Virus record (IMG/VR): IMGVR_UViG_3300042154_002181
DNA length: 64,000 bases
Source: an uncultured virus (IMG/VR IMGVR_UViG_3300042154_002181)
Lineage: Duplodnaviria; Heunggongvirae; Uroviricota; Caudoviricetes
Direction: 5' to 3' (one strand)
Shown here: positions 1-10,900 of the stretch, piece by piece
Numbering within the stretch: position 1 is the first letter of the stretch
Layout of the letters: each line of letters starts with the position of its first letter
Position numbers and translations under genes: made by a program
The notes under the pieces: model-generated
The model's database searches: none
Told to the model about the DNA's origin: nothing
What the model saw: only the letters and a program-made list of their open reading frames with translations

Positions 1-1260
1 TACAATAATAGTAAGACTATTCTTGAAACATGGAATAATCTTTCTTTAGATCCAAATCAAAATAATTATGTTGCATACGTAATAGGAGATCAAACTCAAA
101 CTGTTCAACAAGATTCAACAGGAGACTACTACTTGCAAACAACTGGTTCATATCAGAATAAATCTAGATACGTAAGAGTTAAAGAAGTTAACCAACCTAC
201 TCCTGGATATTTTAGCCAAACAGGAATTCCTCAAAATCAATATACAGGATCTATGCCTGTAATTGGGTCAGGAAGTTATCAAGGATCTTTTGGTGGAGCA
301 ACAGGACCTATCTTCGGATGCTTTCAAAAAGCAGCTTTGAATATGTTTGAAAGTATTCCTACAGTTTCGTCTGTAGCAGCTACACCAACAACTAATATTC
401 AAGGTGTTCATCCTACAAACTATGATATAGCCTTAAGTCTTCTAGAAAATACCGACGCGTATGACTTCAATGTAGTATATGCACCAGGATTAACTAGCCA
501 AAATGCCATATCTCAAATATCAGGACTGCTACTCGTAGCTCAAGGACGAGGTGATAATATCGCAGTAATTGATATGGTTGGTTATGGTCAACAAATCAAC
601 ACCGTAATAAACGAAGCAGTATCTTATGACAACTCATATGGTGCAACATACTGGCCATGGATACAAGTAAGATCACGTGAGACTGGTAAAGTTAACTTTG
701 TTCCTGCATCTACACTAGTACCAGCAGTATATGAATACAACGATAAAGTATCTGCAGAATGGTTTGCACCAGCAGGTCTTAATAGAGGAGCTCTTTCAAC
801 AGTACTTCAACCAGAAAGAAAGATTGGTGTAAATGATCGTAACTTGCTTTATCAAGGTAAAGTTAACCCTATCGCTACCTTCCCTGGAGTTGGTACGGTG
901 ATCTACGGTCAGAAGACACTTCAACAAAAGCCTTCTGCTCTTGATAGAGTAAACGTAAGAAGACTATTGATTGCACTCAAAGACTATATTGGTCAAATTG
1001 GTGAAACAATCGTATTCGAGCCAAATACTCAAGTAACTCGTAACAAGTTCTTAAATCAAGTTAATCCTTATTTGGAATCAGTACAACAAAGACAAGGTCT
1101 TTATGCTTTCCAAGTTGTAATGGACGAAACTAACAATACACCAGATGTAGTAGATCGTAACCAATTAGTTGGTTCAATATATCTACAACCAACCAAGACT
1201 GCGGAATTCATTCAACTTGACTTCAACATTCTTCCAACTGGTACATCATTTGGTCAATAA
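1..1260 (+). CDS. Tail sheath protein (5' truncated by window edge)
   Basis: Frame is open from base 1. C-terminal sheath motifs WFAPAGLNRG, IYGQKTLQ, DRVNVRRLL, FEPN, PTKTAEFI. Confidence 0.95.
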   Translation, partial: YNNSKTILETWNNLSLDPNQNNYVAYVIGDQTQTVQQDSTGDYYLQTTGSYQNKSRYVRVKEVNQPTPGYFSQTGIPQNQYTGSMPVIGSGSYQGSFGGATGPIFGCFQKAALNMFESIPTVSSVAATPTTNIQGVHPTNYDIALSLLENTDAYDFNVVYAPGLTSQNAISQISGLLLVAQGRGDNIAVIDMVGYGQQINTVINEAVSYDNSYGATYWPWIQVRSRETGKVNFVPASTLVPAVYEYNDKVSAEWFAPAGLNRGALSTVLQPERKIGVNDRNLLYQGKVNPIATFPGVGTVIYGQKTLQQKPSALDRVNVRRLLIALKDYIGQIGETIVFEPNTQVTRNKFLNQVNPYLESVQQRQGLYAFQVVMDETNNTPDVVDRNQLVGSIYLQPTKTAEFIQLDFNILPTGTSFGQ

Positions 1261-1277
1261 TATAAATAAAATTTAAG

Positions 1278-1772
1278 ATGAACGATAATACAATCCTAAG
1301 AATCAAAGTACCTGCTAACTTATACGAGAGTGTAAAAGAGCAATTGACTTTAACAGAAGCTAAAAAAGCTGGCCATAATCTTGGAGCCGGAATGGAGCTT
1401 GTTAAAGAAAAGAAAATGAAAGCCCCAAAAGACGGGATTAAAAAAGTAGAAGAAATAAACAATATAGAAGAAACAGATAATAAAATGGAAATGAAAACTC
1501 GTACATTAGACGAATTAAAAGCAGCTAAAGATAAGCTTGAAAAGAAAATTCAAGAAATGCAAGGTAAAGATGAAGCAAACAAAATGGAAGAAGCCGAAAT
1601 TGGCTCTTTTATGGATCCTAATTTTATCGCAGGCCTTGCTACACTTCTTGGAGTAGGCGGTACTTTAGTTACTGCACTAGTTAAAGATTTGAAAAAAGCT
1701 AAATCTCCAGAAGAGAAGAAAGCGGTATTTGCTAAAGCATCGGATTCTATTGAAACTGCAATGGGTAAATAA
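1278..1772 (+). CDS. Hypothetical virion-associated protein (Lys/Glu-rich, one hydrophobic segment)
   Basis: 164-aa ORF between sheath and tube; hydrophobic stretch FIAGLATLLGVGGTLVTALV. Confidence 0.55.
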   Translation: MNDNTILRIKVPANLYESVKEQLTLTEAKKAGHNLGAGMELVKEKKMKAPKDGIKKVEEINNIEETDNKMEMKTRTLDELKAAKDKLEKKIQEMQGKDEANKMEEAEIGSFMDPNFIAGLATLLGVGGTLVTALVKDLKKAKSPEEKKAVFAKASDSIETAMGK

Positions 1773-1821
1773 TAAATTCGTTATCGAATATTTATAAGTA
1801 AGAAATTAAACTAGAAATACA

Positions 1822-2307
1822 ATGCCAGTATTAGATCCGAATGAGATAATGTTTACGGCGTTTGAACCTACAGTATCAAACCGCTTCGTGATGTACATTG
1901 ATGGTATTCCATCTTATATGATTAAAAAAGCAGACGCTCCTGGCGTTACTTTAAATGAAATCAAATTAGATCACATCAACGTTTATCGTAAGATCAAAGG
2001 TAAAGCAGAATGGAGAGACATGAGCTTAAGCCTTTACAACCCAGTATCTCCTTCTGGCCAACAAGCTGTGATTGAGTGGGTTCGTCTTCACCATGAGTCT
2101 GTAACAGGTCGTGATGGATACTCTGATTTTTATAAGAAAGATCTTAACCTATCTATCTTAGGCCCTGTAGGTGACATCGTAAGTGAGTGGATTATCAAAG
2201 GCGCTTTCATTAAAGAAGCAACTTTCGGAACATATGACTGGTCTACATCTGATCCTACTGAATTGACTTTGTCAATCGGAATGGATTATTGCGTGCTCAA
2301 CTACTAG
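1822..2307 (+). CDS. Tail tube protein (T4 gp19-like)
   Basis: FEP..NRF, 'W.IKGAF', 'YDWS' pattern; 161 aa; downstream of sheath. Confidence 0.9.
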   Translation: MPVLDPNEIMFTAFEPTVSNRFVMYIDGIPSYMIKKADAPGVTLNEIKLDHINVYRKIKGKAEWRDMSLSLYNPVSPSGQQAVIEWVRLHHESVTGRDGYSDFYKKDLNLSILGPVGDIVSEWIIKGAFIKEATFGTYDWSTSDPTELTLSIGMDYCVLNY

Positions 2308-2366
2308 TAGTATTGAGTACTTAATTATCAATTTATACAATATTTAGAAGTAAATATAGGAGTTAA

Positions 2367-2393
2367 AAAGGGCCTCATTCTTGGGGCCTTTTT
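2367..2393 (+). terminator. Intrinsic terminator after tail tube gene
   Basis: GGCCTCA-ttct-TGGGGCC stem followed by T run. Confidence 0.75.
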
Positions 2394-2464
2394 CTATTAC
2401 TCTAGTTTTTAATTATTTTATAAAATTACTTATTCTTATATTTATATATAAAATACAATAGTTT

Positions 2465-3220
2465 ATGTCAGAACAAAAGTTTACAGTACCAACAGAGTTA
2501 ATAGACCTGCCAAGTAAAGGCCTTATCTACCCAAAAGAAAACGCATTATCTTCAGGACAAGTTGAAATGAAGTATATGACAGCCAGAGAGGAAGACATCC
2601 TCACAAACGTTAACCTGCTGCGCCAGGGTATCGCCATCGAGAAGATGTTGAAGAGCCTAATAAAATCACCAATCAATTACGAAGACCTAACCTTAGGTGA
2701 CAGGAATGGCTTACTGATCGCGGCTAGGATTCTAGCTTATGGTAAAGACTATTCTTTCGAATATCCTAATCCAACAACAGGAGAAAAAGAGCGGGTAGAT
2801 ATCGATCTTCAAACTTTAAAATATAAAGAATTAGACTGGTCTAAGTTCAACAATAAAAACGAGTTTGAGTTTACATTCCCATATACTAAGAATGTAGTTA
2901 CATTCAAAGTATTAAGTGTATCAGATGATAAAAAGATAGACGAGGAAATAAAAGGCGTAAAAAAGAATTTAAATCAAGATGCCGGAGGAATTTCCACAAG
3001 ACTTAAACATCAGATAACATCTATAAATGGTGAATATTCTACAAAAACCATTAGAGACTTTATTGAATCCGGGGCACTACTGTCTAGAGATTCTATTGAA
3101 CTCCGTAAAGAGATCGAAAGAACAACGCCGGATATCGATATGAATATTTCATTTTCTATGAAAGATGGCACAGAGGTAAATACAGTATTACCTATGACCG
3201 CAGAGTTCTTTTTTCCCTAA
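2465..3220 (+). CDS. Baseplate hub assembly / tail assembly chaperone (T4 gp26-like)
   Basis: LPSKGL.Y, MTAREEDIL, C-terminal FFFP; upstream of tape measure. Confidence 0.75.
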   Translation: MSEQKFTVPTELIDLPSKGLIYPKENALSSGQVEMKYMTAREEDILTNVNLLRQGIAIEKMLKSLIKSPINYEDLTLGDRNGLLIAARILAYGKDYSFEYPNPTTGEKERVDIDLQTLKYKELDWSKFNNKNEFEFTFPYTKNVVTFKVLSVSDDKKIDEEIKGVKKNLNQDAGGISTRLKHQITSINGEYSTKTIRDFIESGALLSRDSIELRKEIERTTPDIDMNISFSMKDGTEVNTVLPMTAEFFFP

Positions 3221-3242
3221 CGCCGACTACAGGTCGGCATTC

Positions 3243-3497
3243 ATGACAGAGTGCTTTGAGCTTACTTATCACGGCGGAGGTGGCTTTAGTTGGTCCGAGG
3301 TATGGAACATGCCAGTTACTACTAGGAGATTTAATCTAAGAAAGATTAATCAGTATCTTGAAAAAGTAGAAGAGGTTAGAAATCAAAATAGTCAAAAAAT
3401 AACAGAGAAGACAGATCCTAGTAAAATTAAAATTCCTGACTTTGCCAAGCCTAAAGAAGAATCGACCTTCGTTTCTAAAGTAAAAACGAAAAAGTAA
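3243..3497 (+). CDS. Tail assembly chaperone C-terminal part (possibly expressed by +1 frameshift from the upstream ORF)
   Basis: HGGG.F.W.EVWNMP...R motif; frame is open back across the upstream CCC-TAA stop. Confidence 0.6.
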   Translation: MTECFELTYHGGGGFSWSEVWNMPVTTRRFNLRKINQYLEKVEEVRNQNSQKITEKTDPSKIKIPDFAKPKEESTFVSKVKTKK

Positions 3498-3524
3498 ATA
3501 TTTATTCGTAGGTAATACTAAATA

Positions 3525-5777
3525 ATGGCCAACGAAAATCAAAATACAGGACCTGGATTATCAGGAAATCCTCAAGAATCTAAAAAAAGTATTCTAGATG
3601 CAAAACAAGCATTAAGAGAACTTATAGATGATCAAGGAGATTATAATAATTTACTTAAGTCTTCTTTGAGAGATCTAGATAGTATGCAAAAGGCATATAC
3701 TAGAATATCTGCTAAAATAGAATCTCTTAATAAAGGATCAATAAATGTTAAACAAGTACAACAAGAATTAGCTAGACTAACTCAAAAAGAGTATATAAGT
3801 AAACAAAAAGTATTAGATTTACAAGAAGGACTTTCAGCAGAAAGTAGAGACTTATTAAAAGAGCAGGATAAATTAAATAAATTATTATCAAAAGCTACCA
3901 CACAATCTCAGATAAATTTAGTAAATAAAAAATTACAAGAAAATGCTCTTATAAGAGAGGCTAATATAGAACTTCAAAATCTAGAATACGCAAAGGTATC
4001 TGCGGACATTGCAAAAGAGGAAACTAAAACAGGTGTTAGTATACTAGAAAATGAAAAGAAGGTTTCTAAGCAAATGGGAATCACAGGAAATCTTGCAAAG
4101 ATTTTTGCTGATAAATTAGGAGTTGGTGAACAGGCATATGAAGCAATGGCATTTAGAGCTAGAAATTTAGTTAAAGAACAAGAGAAGATGAACTTCTTAG
4201 GAAGGACGTTCTCTAAACTAACCGGAGGATTACAGGTTGCTTTTACAGGTTTAGGTTCTATTATGAAATCTGCGTTCTCTTCATTAACAGATCCCGTGGC
4301 TTTATTAGGAATGGGAGGGGCTTTAATTAATGGATTAAAAGCTGCGTTTGATTACATATTAGGTATTCAAGATCAAACAGTGAAGTTTGCTAGAGCTATG
4401 AACCTTTCAACAGGTGAAGCTAGAGCAATTAAAATGGACTTTGCAAGCTTGAGTGTATCCTCAGGAGATTTATTTATCAACAGCCAGAAAATGGTTGAAT
4501 CTCAGATGGAATTAGTTGATGCTTTAGGAGTTACAAATAGATTAACTAACGAACAATTAGCAACTAATATTAAGCTAAAAGATATAGCAGGTCTTGATTT
4601 AGAAACAAGAAAAAGTATAGCAGAAACGGCAACTATAACAGGGCAAAACTCTGATATCGTAACTAAATCAGTATTGGCTCAAGTAGTTGGATTAAAACAA
4701 GCAACAGGTGTTAGTTTTCAATATCAAAAAATATTAAAAGAAGCTTCTAATTTAGGAGGCTATCTAGGTTTATCATTTGCAAAATATCCTGCTCAGTTAA
4801 CTAAATCGCTTGTTACTGTTAAAGCGATGGGAATGGAATTAAAGCAATTAGATTCAATTGCAGATTCATTCTTAGATTTTGAGTCTTCTATATCAAAAGA
4901 ATTTGAAGCACAATTATTAACAGGAAAAGAAATTAATTTAAATAAAGCTCGTGAAGCTTTCTTAAATAATGATTTAGCAACAGCCGCACAAGAAATAACA
5001 AGCCAAGTAGGATCTGCTAATGACTTTTTGAAATTAAATCGTATACAAGCAGAATCCCTAGCCTCAGCATTTGGCATGTCTAGAGACCAAATGGGAGAGA
5101 TGCTTAAACAGCAAGAACTACTTTCTACTTTAGGTGCTAAACAAGGAGACAGCGCAAAACAACAATTACAACTAGGTCTAGCAAGGTATAAAAATCAAAA
5201 AGAATTAACAGCGGCAATTGGCGAAGAAGCATATCAAAACTTAATTAATGCATCTGCTCAAGAAAAAATAGCGGCATTTATAGAAAAAATAAAGCAGTCA
5301 ATAGCAGATTTTGTAGAGAGCAGTGGTATTATAGATAAGATAGAAAGTTTTATTGAGTATATATCTAAACCTGAAAATATTAGCTCAGTTATTGTAAAGA
5401 TCAGAGATGTATTTGCTAGTATAGCTGAAATAGCTCTTACTATTACTAATGGAATAATTGATGTTTTAGATTTTGTAACTTTTGGTGCAATTGATGAAAA
5501 TCTTGAACGTAAATTTGAGGCCTTTGCAAAATCAGCACCTCAAAAAATAAGAGGCTTAGGTGGTAATATGGAAACAGTATCTGTAAAAGATAATGCGGTT
5601 AATTCTGCAGTAAAATCTAATGGAACGCCACAACCAGCCCCAGCAGCATCTGATAATAATATGATGAAAGGTCCACAATCTTTAAATATAAGTGTTAAAG
5701 CAAATATTGTGCAGTCAAGTGCTGACGCGGAAAGTCACTATAGCATGGGTGGATTCGCTGAAAAACAAACGAAGTAA
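3525..5777 (+). CDS. Tail tape measure protein
   Basis: 750 aa, helical, Ala/Gln-rich; FESSI..EFEAQLLTGK motif; position in tail module. Confidence 0.8.
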   Translation: MANENQNTGPGLSGNPQESKKSILDAKQALRELIDDQGDYNNLLKSSLRDLDSMQKAYTRISAKIESLNKGSINVKQVQQELARLTQKEYISKQKVLDLQEGLSAESRDLLKEQDKLNKLLSKATTQSQINLVNKKLQENALIREANIELQNLEYAKVSADIAKEETKTGVSILENEKKVSKQMGITGNLAKIFADKLGVGEQAYEAMAFRARNLVKEQEKMNFLGRTFSKLTGGLQVAFTGLGSIMKSAFSSLTDPVALLGMGGALINGLKAAFDYILGIQDQTVKFARAMNLSTGEARAIKMDFASLSVSSGDLFINSQKMVESQMELVDALGVTNRLTNEQLATNIKLKDIAGLDLETRKSIAETATITGQNSDIVTKSVLAQVVGLKQATGVSFQYQKILKEASNLGGYLGLSFAKYPAQLTKSLVTVKAMGMELKQLDSIADSFLDFESSISKEFEAQLLTGKEINLNKAREAFLNNDLATAAQEITSQVGSANDFLKLNRIQAESLASAFGMSRDQMGEMLKQQELLSTLGAKQGDSAKQQLQLGLARYKNQKELTAAIGEEAYQNLINASAQEKIAAFIEKIKQSIADFVESSGIIDKIESFIEYISKPENISSVIVKIRDVFASIAEIALTITNGIIDVLDFVTFGAIDENLERKFEAFAKSAPQKIRGLGGNMETVSVKDNAVNSAVKSNGTPQPAPAASDNNMMKGPQSLNISVKANIVQSSADAESHYSMGGFAEKQTK

Positions 5778-5790
5778 TAAATTAATCTAA

Positions 5791-7635
5791 ATGCCATTAA
5801 TAAATTTAAAAACAAGCCTTAAGAGTTTAAGATATCAAGGAGATCAACTAGGTTATGGTTCATCAGGTCTTCCTTATATCCAAACTATTATGCCTAATAC
5901 GGGCAACTCTATAGGCTCGTTAACTGGCAATACTAATCCTATATTCAGACCTGGTTCTACTGGAAATGTTGACTATCCTATTAGAGGAGGTGAACTTACA
6001 TTTGATATAGGAACTCAAACTTTTACTCTATCAGGAAAAGTAGATAGAACTAGAATTAAGAAATTTTTTGAAGATAAGCCTAGAGGCACAGCATTTATAC
6101 AAAAACAAATTGGCCTTCAATTAAGTAACCCAAAAATAGAAACAGGAAATACCTTATCAGGAATTCCTCAAGGTTTTTCTATACCCGGCCTATTAGAAAA
6201 TACAAGAGTTTATAATAGAGGAATAAATACATTAGCTCAAGTAGGTGCTTCTGGAACAGGGACTCACGCTATTAGGCATGGTCTAGTTCCTTTTAATCCT
6301 TTTCAAAAAACATATTACGACATAGTTAATAAGCAGAATGTAGATAATGAGAAAGCTACTAATAGGCTTCTCTTGCTGAATTCTCTTAAGATGTCCACAG
6401 GAACAAGTCCTATTGTAAACACAGAAAATATCCCAGATATAAACTTAGTTAATACTTTAGGAATATCATTAAATAGAAACTTGATATTTCAATATCTAGG
6501 AGGTCCTGGTTCTGTTTATGGTATAGGAACTACAACTATTAGAAGATCAGTTGACACGACTAGATTAAGTTCTAGAAATGCAATGACATATAATCTATTA
6601 TTGTCTCAAAATGTAAATAATATTACAGACGGAGTAGCTACTACAAATATCCAAGATTTTAGAGCAAAAATTAATCAATCAGCAAACTCAGTCATTTTTC
6701 CTAATGCATGGAATAAAGAGCAATCTACAGATTATAGATTTTTTGTTAATAAAAAAGATAAACTTAATCAACTATATCCTTTTGTATTTAAAAATGATGT
6801 AGCTCCATGGGAAATTAACGATGGTAAAACAGACGATTTAATTAAGTTTGTATTTGAAGCTATTTCAAATGATGATCCAAGTTATTCAACGGCCATATTC
6901 TTTAGAGCTTTTTTAACAGCAGGAATAACTGATAATAATTCTGCTCAATGGAATGCTTTCAAATATATGGGTAGAGGTGAGAATTTTTATGTATACCAAG
7001 GATTTGATAGAAGTGTATCTTTTTCGTTCAGAGTTTATGCAGGATCTAAAGAAGAATTAAAACCTATGTATAATAGGGTTAATAATTTAGTTAGTCAAGT
7101 ATATCCTGATTATAGCCCTAATCAAGGAATTATGAGAGCTCCTATAGTAAGATTAACTATAGGTGACTATTTCTATAGAGTTCCTGGATTTTTAGAAAGC
7201 GTTAATATAACAGTCGATAATAACTATCCTTGGGAAATTAATTTAGAAAAGAGTCAAACAGGAGATATTGCGCAACTTCCTCAAGTAATAGACATTTCTA
7301 TTTCATTTAAACCTGTATTTGACATACTACCTAAGAGAAGTTCAGTAGGAGATATAAGATCAACTACTTCAACTTTTAGAGACCCTGTAGTTGCAGATAC
7401 TGAGATAACTACAAATGAAGAAATAGCGCAATCAAACTCGACAGCTTTAATAGCAAATATTCCTCAAGACTTTATAAGGAGAGTAGATGCAAATAGAACT
7501 GCATTTAGCGTAACTGAAAATAGTGTATCTGAAAGAAGAGCTGTAGAACAGGCAAATGAAGAGGCAATTTTAGAAGAGAGGCAGAGGCAAGATTTACAGT
7601 CGTTTACAACTACAACACCTGGAATAAGAATATAA
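5791..7635 (+). CDS. Baseplate / tail tube initiator-like structural protein
   Basis: FRAFL..ITD, Y.GRGE.FY.Y.GF.R, P.VRLTIGD motifs; follows tape measure. Confidence 0.65.
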   Translation: MPLINLKTSLKSLRYQGDQLGYGSSGLPYIQTIMPNTGNSIGSLTGNTNPIFRPGSTGNVDYPIRGGELTFDIGTQTFTLSGKVDRTRIKKFFEDKPRGTAFIQKQIGLQLSNPKIETGNTLSGIPQGFSIPGLLENTRVYNRGINTLAQVGASGTGTHAIRHGLVPFNPFQKTYYDIVNKQNVDNEKATNRLLLLNSLKMSTGTSPIVNTENIPDINLVNTLGISLNRNLIFQYLGGPGSVYGIGTTTIRRSVDTTRLSSRNAMTYNLLLSQNVNNITDGVATTNIQDFRAKINQSANSVIFPNAWNKEQSTDYRFFVNKKDKLNQLYPFVFKNDVAPWEINDGKTDDLIKFVFEAISNDDPSYSTAIFFRAFLTAGITDNNSAQWNAFKYMGRGENFYVYQGFDRSVSFSFRVYAGSKEELKPMYNRVNNLVSQVYPDYSPNQGIMRAPIVRLTIGDYFYRVPGFLESVNITVDNNYPWEINLEKSQTGDIAQLPQVIDISISFKPVFDILPKRSSVGDIRSTTSTFRDPVVADTEITTNEEIAQSNSTALIANIPQDFIRRVDANRTAFSVTENSVSERRAVEQANEEAILEERQRQDLQSFTTTTPGIRI

Positions 7636-7636
7636 A

Positions 7637-7945
7637 ATGAACTATAGATATCAAAATATACAAGTCACAAAGCTTCAAGCAACAGGTAGCCAATACTATT
7701 TAAATAATATCTATCCTGATATTCCATTGTCTAATGAGGATAATTATGTTATAACAGTATTAGGAGACAGATTAGATCTATTAGCTTTTGATTTTTATGG
7801 TGACACAAGCTTTTGGTGGGTAATAGCGTCAGCTAATTCATTACCAGGAGATTCTCTATATACAGAACCAGGAATGCAACTAAGAATCCCAGTAGATCTT
7901 TCAGCAATAATCAATGAATACAAACTAGTAAACGCAACAAGATAG
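7637..7945 (+). CDS. LysM-like baseplate wedge protein
   Basis: GDRLDLLA.DFYGD..FWWVIA.AN...PG.QLRIP. Confidence 0.85.
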   Translation: MNYRYQNIQVTKLQATGSQYYLNNIYPDIPLSNEDNYVITVLGDRLDLLAFDFYGDTSFWWVIASANSLPGDSLYTEPGMQLRIPVDLSAIINEYKLVNATR

Positions 7946-7947
7946 TT

Positions 7948-10900
7948 ATGGCAGGTCTAGACAACAAAATATCTAATATTATAGGAACTAAGCTTCCTCA
8001 ATGGCTATTAAGCCAAATTCAAACTAGATCTATAAATGGGGCAAGAGATTCAAGAGATAATAGTAACATCTTATACCTTACAAATAAATCAGCATGGGTA
8101 AGATTAGTATCTTCTATAGATTTAGTTAATCAATCTGACTTAAATTATTTTAACAGGATAGTTGGAGATTCTATAACTAGCAAATCTGATTTAGCAAAAC
8201 AGTTTGTACTCTTTGGAGGAACATCAAAATACCTAGACAAAAATTCTTATCAATTAAGATCTGGTATTGGTGCAGGCGGTGCTTATGGCACATTAGGAAA
8301 AGATGAAATACAAAGATATGGCTATAAGCCAATGCCAGGTATCACAAATGTAGCTATTGAAACACAAGGCCGCTTAGGTTCTGTTAGATCTGCTACAATT
8401 AATTTTAAATGTTGGGATAAAGCGCAGCTTGATATTATGGATGCGCTGTATTTTAAATTAGGCTTCACAATGTTTTTAGAATGGGGAAATACGGCATTTT
8501 ATAGTTCTGAAGATCCAAATAGAATACAATCTAGTGAATTATATAGCGTAGACCCATTTCAAGCAGATTTATCTAAAGAAGAGATATACATACAAGTAGC
8601 TAAAAACTCTAGACAGTCTGAAGGCAATTATGATGGAATGCTTGGCATAGTTACTAATTTTTCATTTACATATACTCAAGATGGTGGCTTTGATTGTCAA
8701 TTAAGATTGATGGCGCTAGGTGTTTTAGCAGACTCATTAAAGATTAATAACGTAGGAACTTTACCTGGTATCGTGCAAGAAGAGATTAGAATTTTAAGTA
8801 ACACGCTAATTGAAATTTCTAATGCAGAACAAGCGGCTCTTTTACAAAAACAAAGACAAGAAGAATTAGCAAAACAAGAATTAGAAGATTCTAAAAGAGT
8901 TTCTATATTAAGAGATCTTAATAAACAAATTAACGGAAAAGATAAAGATCCTAACCAATCAGAATTACAAAACATAGTAAATCAGGCTGCATATATTGGT
9001 TCAAAAACTACTAATATTAATGAATATGATTTTTTATATGATATAAAATTCGATAGAGGAAAGTCTTTATTTTTTCCTACTTTAGGAGCCGTTATACCTA
9101 CTAAAAATATAAATCAATTAGTATCTTCTATAACTATAGATACAAAACACTTATTTGAAAAATTAACAGAGTATTATAGACCTGCAAATTCTAATCAAGC
9201 GGCTATAACATCGCCAGTTAATCAAAATACGCAAAATCAAATAGGTAATGTTCAACAACAAATACAAAGTTCTTTAGCTTCTCTTGATTTAGAAACTAAG
9301 ATGTTTTTTGATAGGACTAATCCTAGTAATACACAACAAATAAAAGTTAATATAAATTATTTAGGGCAAAATAAAAAAACATATTATGCTTCTATAATAA
9401 CTGAATTTGGTAGGAATAATCCTAATTATAAAAAAGAAATAATAAATCAACAACTTGTTTATGAAACAGCTATTAAACAGTTAAAATCATCTGACAATAT
9501 AGAATTTACAGAAATAGCATTTGAAGCAAGAAATGTAAATGAAACTACAGAATTTGCAGTAACATCAAAACCGTTTTCAACAGTTTCCTCAGATACAAAT
9601 TCTACAAATTTAAACGGCATAAATTTTTATCCTGTTGTAACTTTAGCAACTACTATAGATGTAGTTGTTCCTGGAACTGTTTTAGTAGAAAACTTTACTA
9701 CAGAAAGAACTATAACTGTTACACAACAAGGTACAGTATCAATTCCTGTAACCGTACAAATTAAATTAACAGACACAGATCTGATATCTGCTATAGCTAA
9801 AGGAAACAATTCACCAGATTATTTAGCAACTCAAAAAAGAATAGTAGATCAAAACCAAACACAAACAACTTCTAAAGAAGATCAAGCAATACAACAAAAA
9901 GCTCTTGAAACACAAATATCAGAAGCTTTAAATTCCCAATCAGCTCTAGAACTCACTTTAAGGGCTATACAACTCCATGCTCTTAATAGAGCTATAACTT
10001 TAACAGGAAACTTAGACATAGGAAAATCTGTTTTTGCTTTAAAAATGACAGATGCCAATGAAAAAATATTTTTAAATCAAATATTTTCTAATGGCATATT
10101 TAGTGATTTTATAAATGAATTGATAGTACCAGAACAAATTGAAAATACTGGATATAATGATAATATAAAAGCATTAAATCGTTTACAAAGATTAAAAATA
10201 CAATCTAAGTATGGATTTGCGAGTAGTTTAATGGGTAATTCTGCAGATATTAATACACTACAAGCTTGTGATTTTGATTCTCTATTAAAAGCATTTGTTG
10301 TACCTTATCAAATTAATCAGGAAATAATTAAAGGAACGTCTACTAATCACCCTGTATATATCCCTCTAGGATTATTGCTGATGGTATTAAATCACTGTTG
10401 TACTATATATGATTCTAAAGAGGCAGACAAAACTCAAACTCCTTTAGTATACATAGATTTCAACACAGCTCATAATTATTTTTTAAGTAATACAAAACAA
10501 CTTAGCACCAATCCTTGGGTTACATTAATTCGTTTTGAAGGAAGTTTTAATGATTATAAAAAATTATTTGATCCTAGTATTTTAAATGGAGATAATATAA
10601 AGCCTCCTAGTGGAAGTCAAGAAGTCATACCTTTATTTAATCCAGCAACTCAAGATGTTTTGACTGGACAAATTCCTCGGATAAAATTTGATGGAACTGA
10701 TAATAATATCTATAGAGGTAAAATGATGAATATTTTACTTAATGTAGATTATTTAATAAAAATAATAAAAGACTTTAGCTATAAAGATGGCACTAATAGT
10801 ATTTATCTAAAAGAATTTATAGAGCAAATATTAACTGATGTTAACAAATATCTTGGAAAAATAAATGTATTTAGACTTTCTTATAATGATAAAGGAAATA

